From contig CAVGEY010000002.1 in NCBI GenBank assembly GCA_963628435.1, forward strand, positions 73,878 to 137,877: 64,000 nt of DNA, in the 5' to 3' direction. This stretch comes from a bacterium. Its GTDB lineage: Bacteria; Bacillota; Clostridia; Oscillospirales; CAG-272. Below are positions 19,333-29,822 of this stretch, piece after piece. The notes beneath the pieces are model-generated. The model had not been told where the DNA came from and did no database searches. It saw nothing but the letters and a program-made list of their open reading frames with translations. The position numbers and the translations under genes were made by a program. Every line of letters begins with the position of its first letter. Within the stretch, counting starts at the first letter, position 1.

Positions 19333-20136
19333 ATGGACAATCAGACAATGGAAAACGATTATTATTCGGACGGTGAACACAAAAGCAAGAGCAAAATCGG
19401 CAAAATACTGCGTCTTGCGGCGCTGTCGCTCGCCGTTCTTGTTTACGGACTTATTTTCTTCCGCATATTTATAAAGTCGGATCCCGAATCGGCAAAAATG
19501 TTTTTATGGACAGATACCGCGGTGCAGGCATATAAAGACAGCTCCGACACATTCGGGGCATATACTCAAAAACTGTCAACCTATCAAAGACAGACGGGTA
19601 CCGACGAAAACGGCATCCCCGAATATACAACCGTTTCATACAACGATATTACATCCGACGGAAGTTTCCATGTCAGCAACATGATATATGTAAGTTCGAC
19701 AAAAGAACTGACGGTTACGGTAAGATATAACCGCACCGCCGTTGATGCGCTCAAATCGGCATACAATCTTGACTCGCTGCCGAGCGGAGAACTATTCTTT
19801 TTCGCTCTTGAGGGCGTCGGTGCCGACGGCAGCGAATATGCATACGAATATCGGTACACTTCGTCGGCAAGATTCACATACGAATACCGCAGACTTGTAT
19901 TTTCAAATGTAGTTCTTCCCGATGACGGCGTTGTCTATCTGAACGTCTATTATGTGGATGATGTCACCCTGTCCTCGCCGCTTGTTCTTTATCCGGACAG
20001 CGAGAACAATTCGGTAACGGTAACGCTTCCGATTTACGATTCGTACATCGGACTGAAAAAATACGATTTTGAAAAATATCTTCCCGCCGAAAAAACCGAC
20101 GGACTCAAAAACCGTCCGTATGCTTCATTGAAATAA
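19333..20136 (+). CDS. Hypothetical membrane-anchored protein
   Basis: Single N-terminal TM (ILRLAALSLAVLVYGLIFFRIF) plus an extracytoplasmic domain. TTGCAT-17-TAAAAT promoter at 19274-19302. Confidence 0.55.
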   Translation: MDNQTMENDYYSDGEHKSKSKIGKILRLAALSLAVLVYGLIFFRIFIKSDPESAKMFLWTDTAVQAYKDSSDTFGAYTQKLSTYQRQTGTDENGIPEYTTVSYNDITSDGSFHVSNMIYVSSTKELTVTVRYNRTAVDALKSAYNLDSLPSGELFFFALEGVGADGSEYAYEYRYTSSARFTYEYRRLVFSNVVLPDDGVVYLNVYYVDDVTLSSPLVLYPDSENNSVTVTLPIYDSYIGLKKYDFEKYLPAEKTDGLKNRPYASLK

Positions 20137-20179
20137 CCGAAAATCGGCGAAACCTTTACTGAAAGGAAGGATTATAACC

Positions 20180-20863
20180 ATGAAAACCGAACAATCGGAA
20201 ATCAGATCGGATAAAGAAAATGTCAGAGAAATTGCCATTGCGTACAGATGCCCCTCATGCGGAGCAAGTGTTTTAAGTCCGGCGGGTATCTTTACCCTGA
20301 CAGGAGATATGCTCAAGCTGAAATGCGAATGCGGCGATTCCGAGCTGACGGCCGCCTATACTCCCGCGCGCAAGCTGAGAGTTTCGGCACCCTGTATCGT
20401 ATGCGACAAGGCGCACAGCTATATGCTCGATCCGACCGCTCTGATGCGTGCCGACAAAGAGGCGCTGAAAATTCCGTGCGGATACACCGGAATCGATCTC
20501 TGTTTTATCGGCACGGTCGATAAAATCGGAAAAGCGATTGAGGAGGCGAACGGAGAACTCGTAAAGATAATGCAGGATGCGGGGCTGCAGGACATAGCCG
20601 ATCTCCATCGGGAGGATGACGAAAAGAGAGAAATCGATCCCGAGGTTGATGATATCGTCAGATTCATGGTCGCCGATCTGCGCGAGGAAGGCAAAATTCA
20701 CTGCCGCTGCAAGAGTCAAAACCGCGCGTCATACAAATATACGATACTCGACAAGTTCGTCCGTATCTACTGTGAGGGATGCGGAGCTATTGCCGATTTT
20801 CCGCTTACGGGTGCCGGCAGCGCCGCCGAATTTCTCTCAACCGATGAGATAAATCTCGAATAA
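20180..20863 (+). CDS. Hypothetical Cys-rich protein (several CxxC/CxC pairs, probable zinc ribbons)
   Basis: CPSCG...CECGD, CIVCD, CRC...CEGCG, with an acidic central linker. GGAAGGA RBS. Confidence 0.55.
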   Translation: MKTEQSEIRSDKENVREIAIAYRCPSCGASVLSPAGIFTLTGDMLKLKCECGDSELTAAYTPARKLRVSAPCIVCDKAHSYMLDPTALMRADKEALKIPCGYTGIDLCFIGTVDKIGKAIEEANGELVKIMQDAGLQDIADLHREDDEKREIDPEVDDIVRFMVADLREEGKIHCRCKSQNRASYKYTILDKFVRIYCEGCGAIADFPLTGAGSAAEFLSTDEINLE

Positions 20864-21058
20864 TTATCGCCATAGTCTTTGTACGAATGAGCAAAAAAAA
20901 TGTGTTCAATCTGTGCAAAATGACAAATTAAAAAAATAGGAAAATAACTGTTGATTTTCCGTGAAAAAAGTATTATTATAGATATGTATGTATATCTCCG
21001 ACTGTCGGAGATTGTGACATTGAAATGGATGCATTTTTGAATAAGGAAGGTAACTATT

Positions 21059-22141
21059 ATGCCAAAATTCAGAAGAATAGGCGTACTTACATCAGGCGGT
21101 GACGCGCCCGGAATGAACGCGACGGTAAGAGCGGTTACAAGATATGCCGCGACAAACGGAATAGAAGTTGTCGGCATTTACGAAGGCTACAAAGGTCTTA
21201 TAGACGGCAACATGAAGGTATTTTCGTCTCATGATGTCGCAAATATAATACATCAGGGCGGCACTATTCTTTATTCGGCACGCTGCGATGAGTTCAGAAC
21301 CGAAGAAGGAATGAAAAAAGCGATAGACAACTGCGAAAAATATCAGATAGACGGCATTGTCGCAATCGGCGGTGACGGAACATTCAGAGGTGCCACCGAC
21401 ATTTCGCTCCGCGGAATACCCGCAATCGGTCTGCCCGGAACCATCGACAACGATATTACGGCAACCGAAACAACAATCGGCTACGATACGGCGATGAACA
21501 CATCGGTTCAGATGATAGACCACCTGCGCGACACCTGCGAATCGCATGCACGCTGCGATGTTATCGAGGTAATGGGACGCAACGCGGGATATATCGCCCT
21601 CAATGTCGGGCTTGCCGTCGGAGCAACCGCAACCTGTCTTGTCGAAATACCGTTCAGCGAAGACGAAATCATAGAAAAAATGAAAAAATCGCGTGCCGAA
21701 GGCAAGCGTAATTTCCTTGTTGTCGTTTCGGAAGGACTTGTCGGATATGCGGAAGGTCTTACCAAGCGCATTGAGGAAAAGACCGGCATCGAATCGAGAT
21801 TCGCGCGTCTTGCCCATGTTGTAAGAGGCGGAAGCCCGACACTTGCCGACCGCAAACTCGGCTCGATAATGGGTGCGGAAGCCGTAAAACTGCTTCTTGA
21901 CGGAAAGTCGAATCTTGTTGTCTGCCAGCGTGAAGGCAAGATATGCACAACCGAAATAAGCTATGCGCTGAAACTCGACAAGCTGTTCAAGAGCAAATAC
22001 GCCGGCTACAAAAAGGAGGACGAGGAAAAGCTCCTCGCCGGATATACACAGGAGCAGCGTGCCGAAATGAACGAATTCTGCCGCAGGAAGCTTCAGGCAA
22101 TGAAAGATGTATACGATCTTTCAAATTCAATTTCGAAATAA
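21059..22141 (+). CDS. pfkA: ATP-dependent 6-phosphofructokinase
   Basis: IGVLTSGGDAPGMNA, GGDGTF, PGTIDND and MGR motifs, plus a C-terminal extension of about 40 aa. Confidence 0.92.
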   Translation: MPKFRRIGVLTSGGDAPGMNATVRAVTRYAATNGIEVVGIYEGYKGLIDGNMKVFSSHDVANIIHQGGTILYSARCDEFRTEEGMKKAIDNCEKYQIDGIVAIGGDGTFRGATDISLRGIPAIGLPGTIDNDITATETTIGYDTAMNTSVQMIDHLRDTCESHARCDVIEVMGRNAGYIALNVGLAVGATATCLVEIPFSEDEIIEKMKKSRAEGKRNFLVVVSEGLVGYAEGLTKRIEEKTGIESRFARLAHVVRGGSPTLADRKLGSIMGAEAVKLLLDGKSNLVVCQREGKICTTEISYALKLDKLFKSKYAGYKKEDEEKLLAGYTQEQRAEMNEFCRRKLQAMKDVYDLSNSISK

Positions 22142-22282
22142 TCCGGCAAATCCGAAACAAGATTAAATTTTATAATCCCGAAGATATCCGTCTTCGGGAT
22201 TTTCTTTACAGGCTCCGATTATTGACAAAAGGGGCAAATTATGTTAGAATGCGGATGATGAGAGAAAATCGGAGGTGCGTAA

Positions 22283-23827
22283 ATGTTTTCCAAATTATAC
22301 GGCGCGGCGCTTTCCGGAGTTGACGGCTATACCGTCACCGTCGAATGCGAGGTAACCGACAAGATTCCCGAACTCGAAATCGTCGGTCTGCCCGACAATG
22401 CGGTCAAAGAGGCAAAAGAGCGGGTACGTGCGGCCGCAGAAAACAGCGGTATTGCCTTCCCCGATGCGGCGATTATCGTAAATCTCGCGCCCGCCGATCT
22501 GAAAAAATCGGGATCGGCGCTTGATCTTCCCATTCTTACCGCGATACTTGCGGGCGCCGGTATGTTTAATAGTAACGTCGATTTGTCGAATACATGTCTT
22601 ATAGGCGAGCTGTCGCTTTCGGGCGACATCAGAGGCGTTCACGGGGTTTTATGCATGTGCATTGCCGCCGCGGCTGCCGGAATAAGCGAAATATATGTGC
22701 CGAAAGCAAACGCGCTTGAAGCAAGTGTAGTCGAAGGAGTTCGGGTATACCCCGTTTCGAATGTCAAATCGCTCGTCGACTGCATAAACGGCAAACAGAC
22801 GATAGATCCGGTCAAGTACGACAGATCAAATTTCAGACCGATGACCGATGATCCGCGGCTTCCCGATTTTGTCGATGTAAAAGGTCAGGAGCAGGTCAGA
22901 CGCGCCCTCGAAATCGCCTGTGCGGGCGGACACAATGTATTGATGATCGGCCCTCCGGGAACCGGAAAAAGCATGCTTGCGAAACGCATACCGTCGATTC
23001 TGCCGGCGATGACATACGAGGAAGCGGTTGAAACTACCAAAATTCATTCGATTGCGGGCATTCTCGATGAAGACGACGCGCTTGTAACGCGCAGACCGTT
23101 CAGAGCTCCCCACCACACGATGTCGGCGGCATCTCTCGCCGGCGGCGGTGCGATACCGAAACCGGGTGAAATCTCACTTGCCGATAACGGCGTACTTTTC
23201 CTTGATGAGCTTCCCGAATTCAACAAACAGGTTACCGAAACACTGCGTCAGCCGCTTGAAGACGGCGAAATAACGATAACTCGCGCCGCCGGAAGATGCC
23301 GCTTTCCCTGCCATATCATGCTTGTATGCGCGATGAATCCATGCAAATGCGGCAATTTCGGACATCCGACAAGAAAATGCACCTGCAAACCCGCAGACAT
23401 AAAAAAATACATGTCGAAAATAAGCGGGCCGCTTCTTGACAGAATCGACATTCAGATAGAAGTCCCGCCGCTCACCTATGAGCAAATGTCACGCAGCGAA
23501 TCTCCCGAACCGTCGGCGGCGATACGCGAGCGTGTAAACAAAGCGCGCTCATTTTCGGCCCGGCGATTCGCGGAGGACCGGCTTTCGATACACTGCAACA
23601 GCAATATGACGCCCGCCATGATCAGAAAATACTGCCGTATGGATGATGAGGCAAAGGAGCTTCTCGGAGAGGCATTCGATACGCTCGGACTGTCGGCTCG
23701 CGGTCATGACCGAATTCTCAGAGTTGCGAGAACGATTGCAGATATGGCGGAAAGCGAGATAATAACCGCAGAGCATATTGCCGAAGCGATACAGCTTCGC
23801 TCGCTCGACAGAAAATACTGGGAATAA
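22283..23827 (+). CDS. comM: YifB/ComM-family Mg-chelatase-like AAA+ ATPase
   Basis: N-terminal Lon-protease-like domain, Walker [10 protein letters not shown], Walker [11 protein letters not shown]-terminal HTH-like region ([16 protein letters not shown]). Confidence 0.9.
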   Translation: MFSKLYGAALSGVDGYTVTVECEVTDKIPELEIVGLPDNAVKEAKERVRAAAENSGIAFPDAAIIVNLAPADLKKSGSALDLPILTAILAGAGMFNSNVDLSNTCLIGELSLSGDIRGVHGVLCMCIAAAAAGISEIYVPKANALEASVVEGVRVYPVSNVKSLVDCINGKQTIDPVKYDRSNFRPMTDDPRLPDFVDVKGQEQVRRALEIACAGGHNVLMIGPPGTGKSMLAKRIPSILPAMTYEEAVETTKIHSIAGILDEDDALVTRRPFRAPHHTMSAASLAGGGAIPKPGEISLADNGVLFLDELPEFNKQVTETLRQPLEDGEITITRAAGRCRFPCHIMLVCAMNPCKCGNFGHPTRKCTCKPADIKKYMSKISGPLLDRIDIQIEVPPLTYEQMSRSESPEPSAAIRERVNKARSFSARRFAEDRLSIHCNSNMTPAMIRKYCRMDDEAKELLGEAFDTLGLSARGHDRILRVARTIADMAESEIITAEHIAEAIQLRSLDRKYWE

Positions 23828-23845
23828 CATATACACAAAATCAAT

Positions 23846-23870
23846 CCCCTCGCGGCATAGCCGCGAGGGG
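23846..23870. other. 10-bp GC-rich hairpin after comM
   Basis: Stem CCCCTCGCGG / CCGCGAGGGG. There is no T-run on the plus strand. On the minus strand it is followed by ATTGATTTT. Confidence 0.6.
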
Positions 23871-24086
23871 ATAATTGTCGGAAAAGCAAATTTTAACCGA
23901 AGTCGGAGTTCCGGCTTACCGTTACCGAACGGCAGTCCCCAATTACCTCTTACCTGCCGTTCTTGAATGGGGAAAATCCGTCGCCTCCTGTTCACGCCAC
24001 CTCTTCATATTTACATCTGTCCGCAATCCCGCTTTCATTATATAAGACGTATTTTTTCAAATTGCGACAAGATTTTTGAAAAAATC

Positions 24087-24129
24087 AAAAAATCCGACGG
24101 ATGACATTTGTCATCCGTCGGTTTTTTTT
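24087..24129. terminator. Bidirectional intrinsic terminator (downstream of the GH4 gene)
   Basis: Stem TCCGACGGATGACA / TGTCATCCGTCGG, flanked by A6 and T8. Confidence 0.85.
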
Positions 24130-24136
24130 CGGAATA

Positions 24137-25456
24137 TCAGAATATCGGATAGCCGGCGTTGGTGTGAGCTTCGACAAGCTCGTCAACAAGTGCGACGATT
24201 TCGTCTGTCGACAGTTCGGCTCCGGTATGCGGCTCCATCATCGCGGCCTGATAAAGAGTTTCCTTTTTGCCTGTTACGGCAGCCTCTATTGTCAGCATCT
24301 GCGGATAGATATTCGACGAGTTCATCGCCGCAAGCTGAAGCGGAAGTTCGCCCACATACGTCGGTGTTATACCGTTGTTGTCGACAAGACAGGGAACCTC
24401 GACGCAGGCTTCTCTCGGAAGATTGGTGATAAGACCGTTGTTGATAACGTTTCCGCCGATTTTGTAGGGCTTGTTTGTGACGATTGCCTCCATTATATGC
24501 GAAGCATATTCTCTCGAACGTGTGTGGGTGATATTTCCGCCCGCGAGAAGTTCCTCCTTCTGCTTCTGCCAACCGGCAATCTGATTTACGCAGCGGCGGG
24601 GATATTCGTCAAGCGGAATATTGAATTTCTCGATGAGATCATCACGGCCCGCCTTGATGTAGAACGGATTGTATTCGGCATTGTGCTCACTGCTTTCGGT
24701 GCAGTAATAGCCGAGCTTGTCAATGTAATCGTATCTGACCATATCCCCATGCTTTTCGCCCGCATTCTTTTCTTTCGCGCGGCGTCTGATTTCGGGATAA
24801 AGATCGTTTCCGTATTTGTCCTTTATTTCAAGAAGCCATGCCATGTGGTTGATTCCCGCGATTTTTGAGATATGACCGTCGAATTTGTCCTGCATTCCGA
24901 GCCCGTTGAACAGACATTCGACACAGACCTGAACGCTGTGGCAGAGACCGACCGTCTTTATGCCCGTGTAGCGCTGCATATAACCCGAAAGAATCGCCAT
25001 CGGATTCGTATAGTTCAAAAACCATGCATCGGGGCAGACCTCTTCCATATCACGCGCAAAATCTTTAAGTACATGAATGGTGCGCATGCCTCTCATTATT
25101 CCGCCGATGCCGAGTGTGTCGCCGATTGTCTGGCGGAGATTGTATTTTTTCGGGATTTCGAAATCTATAATCGTGCAAGGGTCGTAAAGACCGACCTGAA
25201 TGGTGTCAACAACGAAATCGGCACCGCGGAGCGCGTCTTTTCTCTGTTCAACGCCGAGATATTTTTCAACCTTCGCTCTTCCCTCGTTGAGCTTTTCGTT
25301 CATCTTCGTAATAAGAAGATAAGATTCTTCAAGTCTGTCGTTGTTGATATCGTAAAGAGCGATTTCAACATCGTGAAATTCATCGCAAAGCATTGTGTCG
25401 CCGAGAACGTTTTTGGTAAATATCGTGCTTCCGGCTCCCATAAGTGTTATTTTCAT
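24137..25456 (-). CDS. GH4-family NAD/Mn-dependent glycosidase (alpha-galactosidase/alpha-glucosidase type)
   Basis: MKITLMGAGSTIF Rossmann N-terminus, conserved GLCHSV motif, length of about 440 aa. Confidence 0.85.
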   Translation of the reverse strand: MKITLMGAGSTIFTKNVLGDTMLCDEFHDVEIALYDINNDRLEESYLLITKMNEKLNEGRAKVEKYLGVEQRKDALRGADFVVDTIQVGLYDPCTIIDFEIPKKYNLRQTIGDTLGIGGIMRGMRTIHVLKDFARDMEEVCPDAWFLNYTNPMAILSGYMQRYTGIKTVGLCHSVQVCVECLFNGLGMQDKFDGHISKIAGINHMAWLLEIKDKYGNDLYPEIRRRAKEKNAGEKHGDMVRYDYIDKLGYYCTESSEHNAEYNPFYIKAGRDDLIEKFNIPLDEYPRRCVNQIAGWQKQKEELLAGGNITHTRSREYASHIMEAIVTNKPYKIGGNVINNGLITNLPREACVEVPCLVDNNGITPTYVGELPLQLAAMNSSNIYPQMLTIEAAVTGKKETLYQAAMMEPHTGAELSTDEIVALVDELVEAHTNAGYPIF

Positions 25457-25650
25457 AATTTTTCTCCCCTGATTTTATTGCGGACAGTCGATAACCGACA
25501 TCCGCCTGATAAATTATATTATGATATTCGTTAAAAATCTATTGCATAATGTGCCGTTAATATGTTATAATGTAACATAAACTGTTTGATATGTTTGCAG
25601 CCGCGACCGGACTGTGATATTATAAAAACATCAAAGGAGACTGCACGATT

Positions 25651-26445
25651 TTGTATTATGATTTTCTGCTCAACCACGGCTTTCGGGATCTTAACCCGAT
25701 AACAATCGGCAGCGAGCACTGTCGGCCCGACAAATCGTTCGGCCCCGATATGCGCGGATACACGCTCATTCACTATGTCGTAAAAGGAAAGGGTTATCTC
25801 CGCAAATTCGGACGCACCTATCCGGTATGCGCAGGTCAGGCGTTTATCATAAATCCGGGTGAAATAGTCGTCTATTATGCCGAAAAGACCGACCCGTGGT
25901 ATTATCAGTGGATAGGATTCGACGGACAGCTTTCGAAGAAATTTGCCGAACTCCCGCCCGTTGTCGCTTTTTCCTCCAACTGGATAGGCATGATGCTTGA
26001 CTGCCCCGCAGATTCGGCAATGCGCGAATACGAAATAGCATCTGTGCTTTTCCGTATGTATGCCGATCTTTTTGCGGACAAAAAGCACGGAAACCATTAT
26101 GTCAGACGGGTGCAGGACTGCATACAGACGCAGTATATGCATGATCTCAAAGTTGAAAATATCGCATCCGAAATGAATCTCGACCGCAGATATCTCTCGC
26201 GCATCTTCAAGGCATCAACCGGGCAGACGATTCAGGAATATCTCGTTACGGTGCGTCTTGAGGAAGCCGTCCGCAGACTCTCATACGGGTTTTCGGTAGG
26301 TGAAGCGGCGGCACTGTGCGGCTACGGCGATGTCTGCAATTTTTCGAAAATGTTCAAAAAACGATACGGAATAAGCCCCGGACAATGGAAAAAGGCGGAA
26401 ACCGCGCCCGCATGCCCCGAAAAATCTGACGATAACGAAACATAA
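25651..26445 (+). CDS. AraC-family transcriptional regulator
   Basis: N-terminal cupin-like sensor and a C-terminal double HTH (YLSRIFK...GYGDVCNFSKMFKKRYGISP). Divergent from the GH4 gene. TTG start. Confidence 0.85.
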   Translation: MYYDFLLNHGFRDLNPITIGSEHCRPDKSFGPDMRGYTLIHYVVKGKGYLRKFGRTYPVCAGQAFIINPGEIVVYYAEKTDPWYYQWIGFDGQLSKKFAELPPVVAFSSNWIGMMLDCPADSAMREYEIASVLFRMYADLFADKKHGNHYVRRVQDCIQTQYMHDLKVENIASEMNLDRRYLSRIFKASTGQTIQEYLVTVRLEEAVRRLSYGFSVGEAAALCGYGDVCNFSKMFKKRYGISPGQWKKAETAPACPEKSDDNET

Positions 26446-26522
26446 AATTGGCTTTTTGTAACCTGACATATATTTATCGGAATAAAATCGAAAATACAAT
26501 AATTAAAAAAGGAGATCTGATT

Positions 26523-27260
26523 ATGAAAACTTTTAAGAAAGCCGACAGCATTAAAATCAACAGAAAAAACACACTTATGGTTGCACACAGAGGGCTGTCC
26601 GGTATCGAAAAGGAAAACAGTATGCCGGCGTTTGTAGCTGCCGGCAATCACAGTCATTTCGGAATCGAAACCGATGTTCACCGTACACGCGACGGCAAAT
26701 TTGTCGTTATACACGATGACAGCACGGGCCGTGTCTGCAAGTCGGATTATTCGGTTGAAGGCAGCGACTTCGACCTTCTCCGCTCGCTCTGTCTTACCGA
26801 TACAGACGGGAGCGAAGGACGCTGCGACCTGCATATACCTACTCTCGCCGAATATATAGGTGTGTGCAGAAAATATGCGAAAATCAGCGTTCTCGAACTC
26901 AAAAACGATTTTTCGTCGGAAGATATTGCGAAGATCATAGATATCATAAAAGAGCTCGATTATCTCGAAAATGTGATTTTCATTTCGTTTTCCTATGAAA
27001 ATCTCGTGAAACTCCGCAAAATTCTGCCAAATCAGAAAGCTCAGTTCCTTACAGGCGAATTTACCGACGATCTTCCGGATAAACTGACAAAATACGGTCT
27101 TGATCTTGACATATATTTTTCGTCACTTACATCCGAACGCGTGGAACTGCTTCACTCGAAAAATATCGAGGTCAACTGCTGGACTGTGGACAGAGCGGAA
27201 GATGCGGAGCGGCTTGTCGATATGGGAGTCGATTATATCACATCAAACATACTCGAGTAA
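26523..27260 (+). CDS. Glycerophosphodiester phosphodiesterase family protein
   Basis: Start after the AAGGAG RBS. AHRGLSG...ENSMPAF and ETDVHRTRDGKFVVIHD motifs. Confidence 0.8.
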   Translation: MKTFKKADSIKINRKNTLMVAHRGLSGIEKENSMPAFVAAGNHSHFGIETDVHRTRDGKFVVIHDDSTGRVCKSDYSVEGSDFDLLRSLCLTDTDGSEGRCDLHIPTLAEYIGVCRKYAKISVLELKNDFSSEDIAKIIDIIKELDYLENVIFISFSYENLVKLRKILPNQKAQFLTGEFTDDLPDKLTKYGLDLDIYFSSLTSERVELLHSKNIEVNCWTVDRAEDAERLVDMGVDYITSNILE

Positions 27261-27290
27261 ATAAAAAAGCAAAACAATCCTCTTGATTGA

Positions 27291-27332
27291 TATGTACCCC
27301 CAACACCGGATACCCGGTATTGGGGGTACATA
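27291..27332. other. Long near-perfect hairpin (about 18 bp) without a U-tract
   Basis: TATGTACCCCCAACACCGG / CCGGTATTGGGGGTACATA. May act as the terminator for the GDPD gene. Confidence 0.4.
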
Positions 27333-27601
27333 TATCGCAATGCCGCAAGGGGATAATACACTTAGGATATTTGCAAATTATCGGCATATTGAAGAATTTA
27401 TTGACACATCAGCCGCCGATTGTGCTTAATGAAAAAATATATCTGCTGTATACACCGATTTTTTGTGAAAGTTTTTTTGTATTTTTTTCAAAAAAACTTT
27501 TATTTGGCTTCGATTTGTGATATAATAATTCGGTTAAAGCTGTTTTCAGTCAGATTATTGCATAAACGCATAATACTCAGTATTATTAAGGAGAGAGTGC
27601 T

Positions 27602-29425
27602 TTGGTAAGAAACGATCTTAGAAATATTGCCATTATCGCCCATGTTGACCACGGCAAGACAACCCTTGTCGATCAGATGCTCAAGCAGGGCGGTGTTTAC
27701 CGTGAAAATCAGGCGACAACCGAGCGTGTTATGGACTCGGGCGATCTTGAGAGAGAACGCGGAATTACAATTCTCGCAAAAAATACCGCGATCCATTATA
27801 AGGATGTCAAAATCAATATTGTCGATACTCCCGGCCACGCCGATTTCGGCGGAGAGGTTGAGCGAATACTGAAAATGGTCAACGGCGTTCTTCTGCTCGT
27901 CGATGCCGCCGAAGGCCCGATGCCGCAGACTCGCTTTGTACTTCAGCGCGCTCTTGAACTCAATCACCGTGTTATCGTTGTAATAAATAAGATAGACAAG
28001 CCGGACGCGCGTCTGGACGAAGTTCCCGACGAAATACTCGATTTGCTTATCGACCTTGAAGCAAACGACGATCAGCTCGATTCTCCGATAATTTACTGTT
28101 CGGGCAGAGACGGTACCGCAACCCTTGATCCGAGTGTTCCCGGAACCGATTTGCGTCCGCTTTTTGACACGATTCTCGATTATATGCCGGCACCGTCGGG
28201 TGATGAGAATGCCCCGCTTCAGATGCTCGTATCGTCAATCGATTACAACGACTATGTCGGCAGAATAGGCATAGGCCGTGTCGAAAACGGCATTGTCAAG
28301 GTCGGACAGGATATATCGGTCTGCAACTTCCACGCAGGCGATCAGCCGCGCCGTACCCGTATCGTATCGCTTTATTCATTTGACGGTCTTCGCCGTGTTC
28401 CGATTGAATCGAGTTTGCCGGGCGACATTGTCTGCTTCTCCGGCGCCGAAAATATCACAATCGGTGATACGATTTGCAGTCCGGATGCTCCGAATCCCCT
28501 TCCGTTTGTCAAAATATCCGAGCCTACCCTTGAGATGACATTCCAGGTAAACGACTCTCCCTTTGCGGGCAAGGACGGAAAATACGTAACATCAAGACAG
28601 CTGCGCAAGCGTCTTTATGATGAACTTCTCAAAGATGTTTCGCTCCGTGTCTCGGACGGCGAAACCACCGATTCGTTTAAGGTCTGCGGCAGAGGCGAAA
28701 TGCATCTGTCGATACTCATAGAGACCATGCGCCGCGAGGGATTCGAACTTGCGGTATCCTCCCCGAGAGTTATATATAAGGAAATCGACGGAAAGAAATG
28801 CGAGCCGATGGAACGCGTTTACATTGATGTTGACAGCCTTTTCGCCGGCTCGGTAATGGAAAAACTCGGCGCACGCAAGGGCGAACTGATTGATATGTCG
28901 GTTCACGGAAGCCGTACGAAGATGGAATATTCCATTCCCGCGCGCTGCCTGTTCGGCTACCGCTCGAAGTTTATGACCGATACACGCGGAGAGGGCATCA
29001 TGAACTCGATCTTTGACGGGTATCAGCCGTATAAAGGCGATATAACCGCAAGATTCACAGGTTCTCTTGTCGCATCCGAAGCAGGCGAAACAACTTCATA
29101 CGGTCTTTACAATACGCAGGACCGCGGACAGCTCTTTATCGGTGTTCAGACTCCCGTTTATGAGGGTATGATTGTCGGCGAAAATCCGAAGCTCGGAGAT
29201 ATCGCGGTCAACCCCTGCAAGACGAAGCAGCTTACCGCAATCAGATCGAAAGGTGCCGATGAAAAGCTCATTCTCACGCCGCCGAGAATAATGGGACTTG
29301 AGGAAGCTATCGAATTTATCGCATCCGATGAGCTTATTGAAGTTACACCGCATAATATCAGGCTCAGAAAAGCAATTCTTAATACGCAGAACCGTCTCAA
29401 AGCACAGGCTAAACTTAAAAAATAA
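27602..29425 (+). CDS. typA: Translational GTPase TypA/BipA
   Basis: [29 protein letters not shown]. About 607 aa. TTG start after AAGGAGAG. Confidence 0.92.
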   Translation: MVRNDLRNIAIIAHVDHGKTTLVDQMLKQGGVYRENQATTERVMDSGDLERERGITILAKNTAIHYKDVKINIVDTPGHADFGGEVERILKMVNGVLLLVDAAEGPMPQTRFVLQRALELNHRVIVVINKIDKPDARLDEVPDEILDLLIDLEANDDQLDSPIIYCSGRDGTATLDPSVPGTDLRPLFDTILDYMPAPSGDENAPLQMLVSSIDYNDYVGRIGIGRVENGIVKVGQDISVCNFHAGDQPRRTRIVSLYSFDGLRRVPIESSLPGDIVCFSGAENITIGDTICSPDAPNPLPFVKISEPTLEMTFQVNDSPFAGKDGKYVTSRQLRKRLYDELLKDVSLRVSDGETTDSFKVCGRGEMHLSILIETMRREGFELAVSSPRVIYKEIDGKKCEPMERVYIDVDSLFAGSVMEKLGARKGELIDMSVHGSRTKMEYSIPARCLFGYRSKFMTDTRGEGIMNSIFDGYQPYKGDITARFTGSLVASEAGETTSYGLYNTQDRGQLFIGVQTPVYEGMIVGENPKLGDIAVNPCKTKQLTAIRSKGADEKLILTPPRIMGLEEAIEFIASDELIEVTPHNIRLRKAILNTQNRLKAQAKLKK

Positions 29426-29453
29426 AACTTTTATATATCCCGCAAAGACTAAG

Positions 29454-29495
29454 AAAACGCCCGGAAAAGCATTTCTGCTTTCCCGGGCGTTTTTC
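29454..29495 (+). terminator. Intrinsic terminator of typA
   Basis: Stem AACGCCCGG.AAAGC / GCTTTCCCGGGCGTT followed by a T-run. Confidence 0.85.
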
Positions 29496-29775
29496 CGTTG
29501 GTCAGCTTCAGCAAAAGTTTTACTGATGAGAGTAAAACAGATTATACGGTGAAAGATCCGTTGATATAACGAAGGTGCGGTCGCCAACTGCACAAATAAA
29601 ATATCGGGAGACCTTTTCAGACGGAAAAGCACAGGCAACATTGCCAAACACGTTTGGCAGGCATACTCTACATAAAAACTTCCTTTAGTGGCCCTGGCTA
29701 ATATGTCGTCCGTTGTCTTTTTCGGTCTGCACGCCCTCCGAGTACACCTTTTCCGAAAATTTTGCAAAAATTATC

Positions 29776-29810
29776 GGAAAAATAAGCGGAGAGCCGTGGC
29801 CGGCTCTCCG
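29776..29810 (-). terminator. Intrinsic terminator of the GH109-like gene
   Basis: Minus strand: stem CGGAGAGCCG / CGGCTCTCCG followed by CTTATTTTT. Confidence 0.75.
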
Positions 29811-29822
29811 TCGGATAGTGTT

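Noticed and set aside
20991-21011. Inverted repeat ATCTCCGA-CTG-TCGGAGAT in the pfkA leader, considered as an operator or riboregulator.
   Set aside because: It is a short 8-bp hairpin with a 3-nt loop and no recognisable regulator motif. It is plausibly just 5' UTR structure, and there is not enough evidence for a claim.
23995-24014. A 21-codon minus-strand ORF (MKRWREQEATDFPHSRTAGKR) inside the 23.9-24.1 kb spacer, considered as a possible type I toxin or leader peptide.
   Set aside because: It is not hydrophobic, has no RBS and no downstream gene to regulate. It is most likely fortuitous.
22283-24130. comM as a potential genomic-island integration hotspot, as known in some Proteobacteria.
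   Set aside because: comM is intact, and no integrase, att-like repeats or foreign genes are adjacent.
25590-25606. ATGTTA-N5-TAACAT inverted repeat overlapping the -10 region of the AraC-gene promoter, considered as an operator.
   Set aside because: It is only 6-bp arms in an AT-rich promoter region, which is indistinguishable from chance without comparative data.
27291-27332. A hairpin of about 18 bp without a U-tract after the GDPD gene, considered as a REP/MITE-like mobile element.
   Set aside because: There is a single copy in the window, with no terminal direct repeats or a second copy seen. It was kept only as a possible terminator.
29523-29530. CUGAUGAG sequence reminiscent of the hammerhead ribozyme core. 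A second occurrence is on the minus strand at 37928-37935.
   Set aside because: At 29523 the motif is simply the loop of an 8-bp hairpin, with no helix II closing before GAAA. At 37928 helix II cannot form, the A15.1-U16.1 pair and a non-G cleavage nucleotide are missing, and helix I and III assignments conflict.
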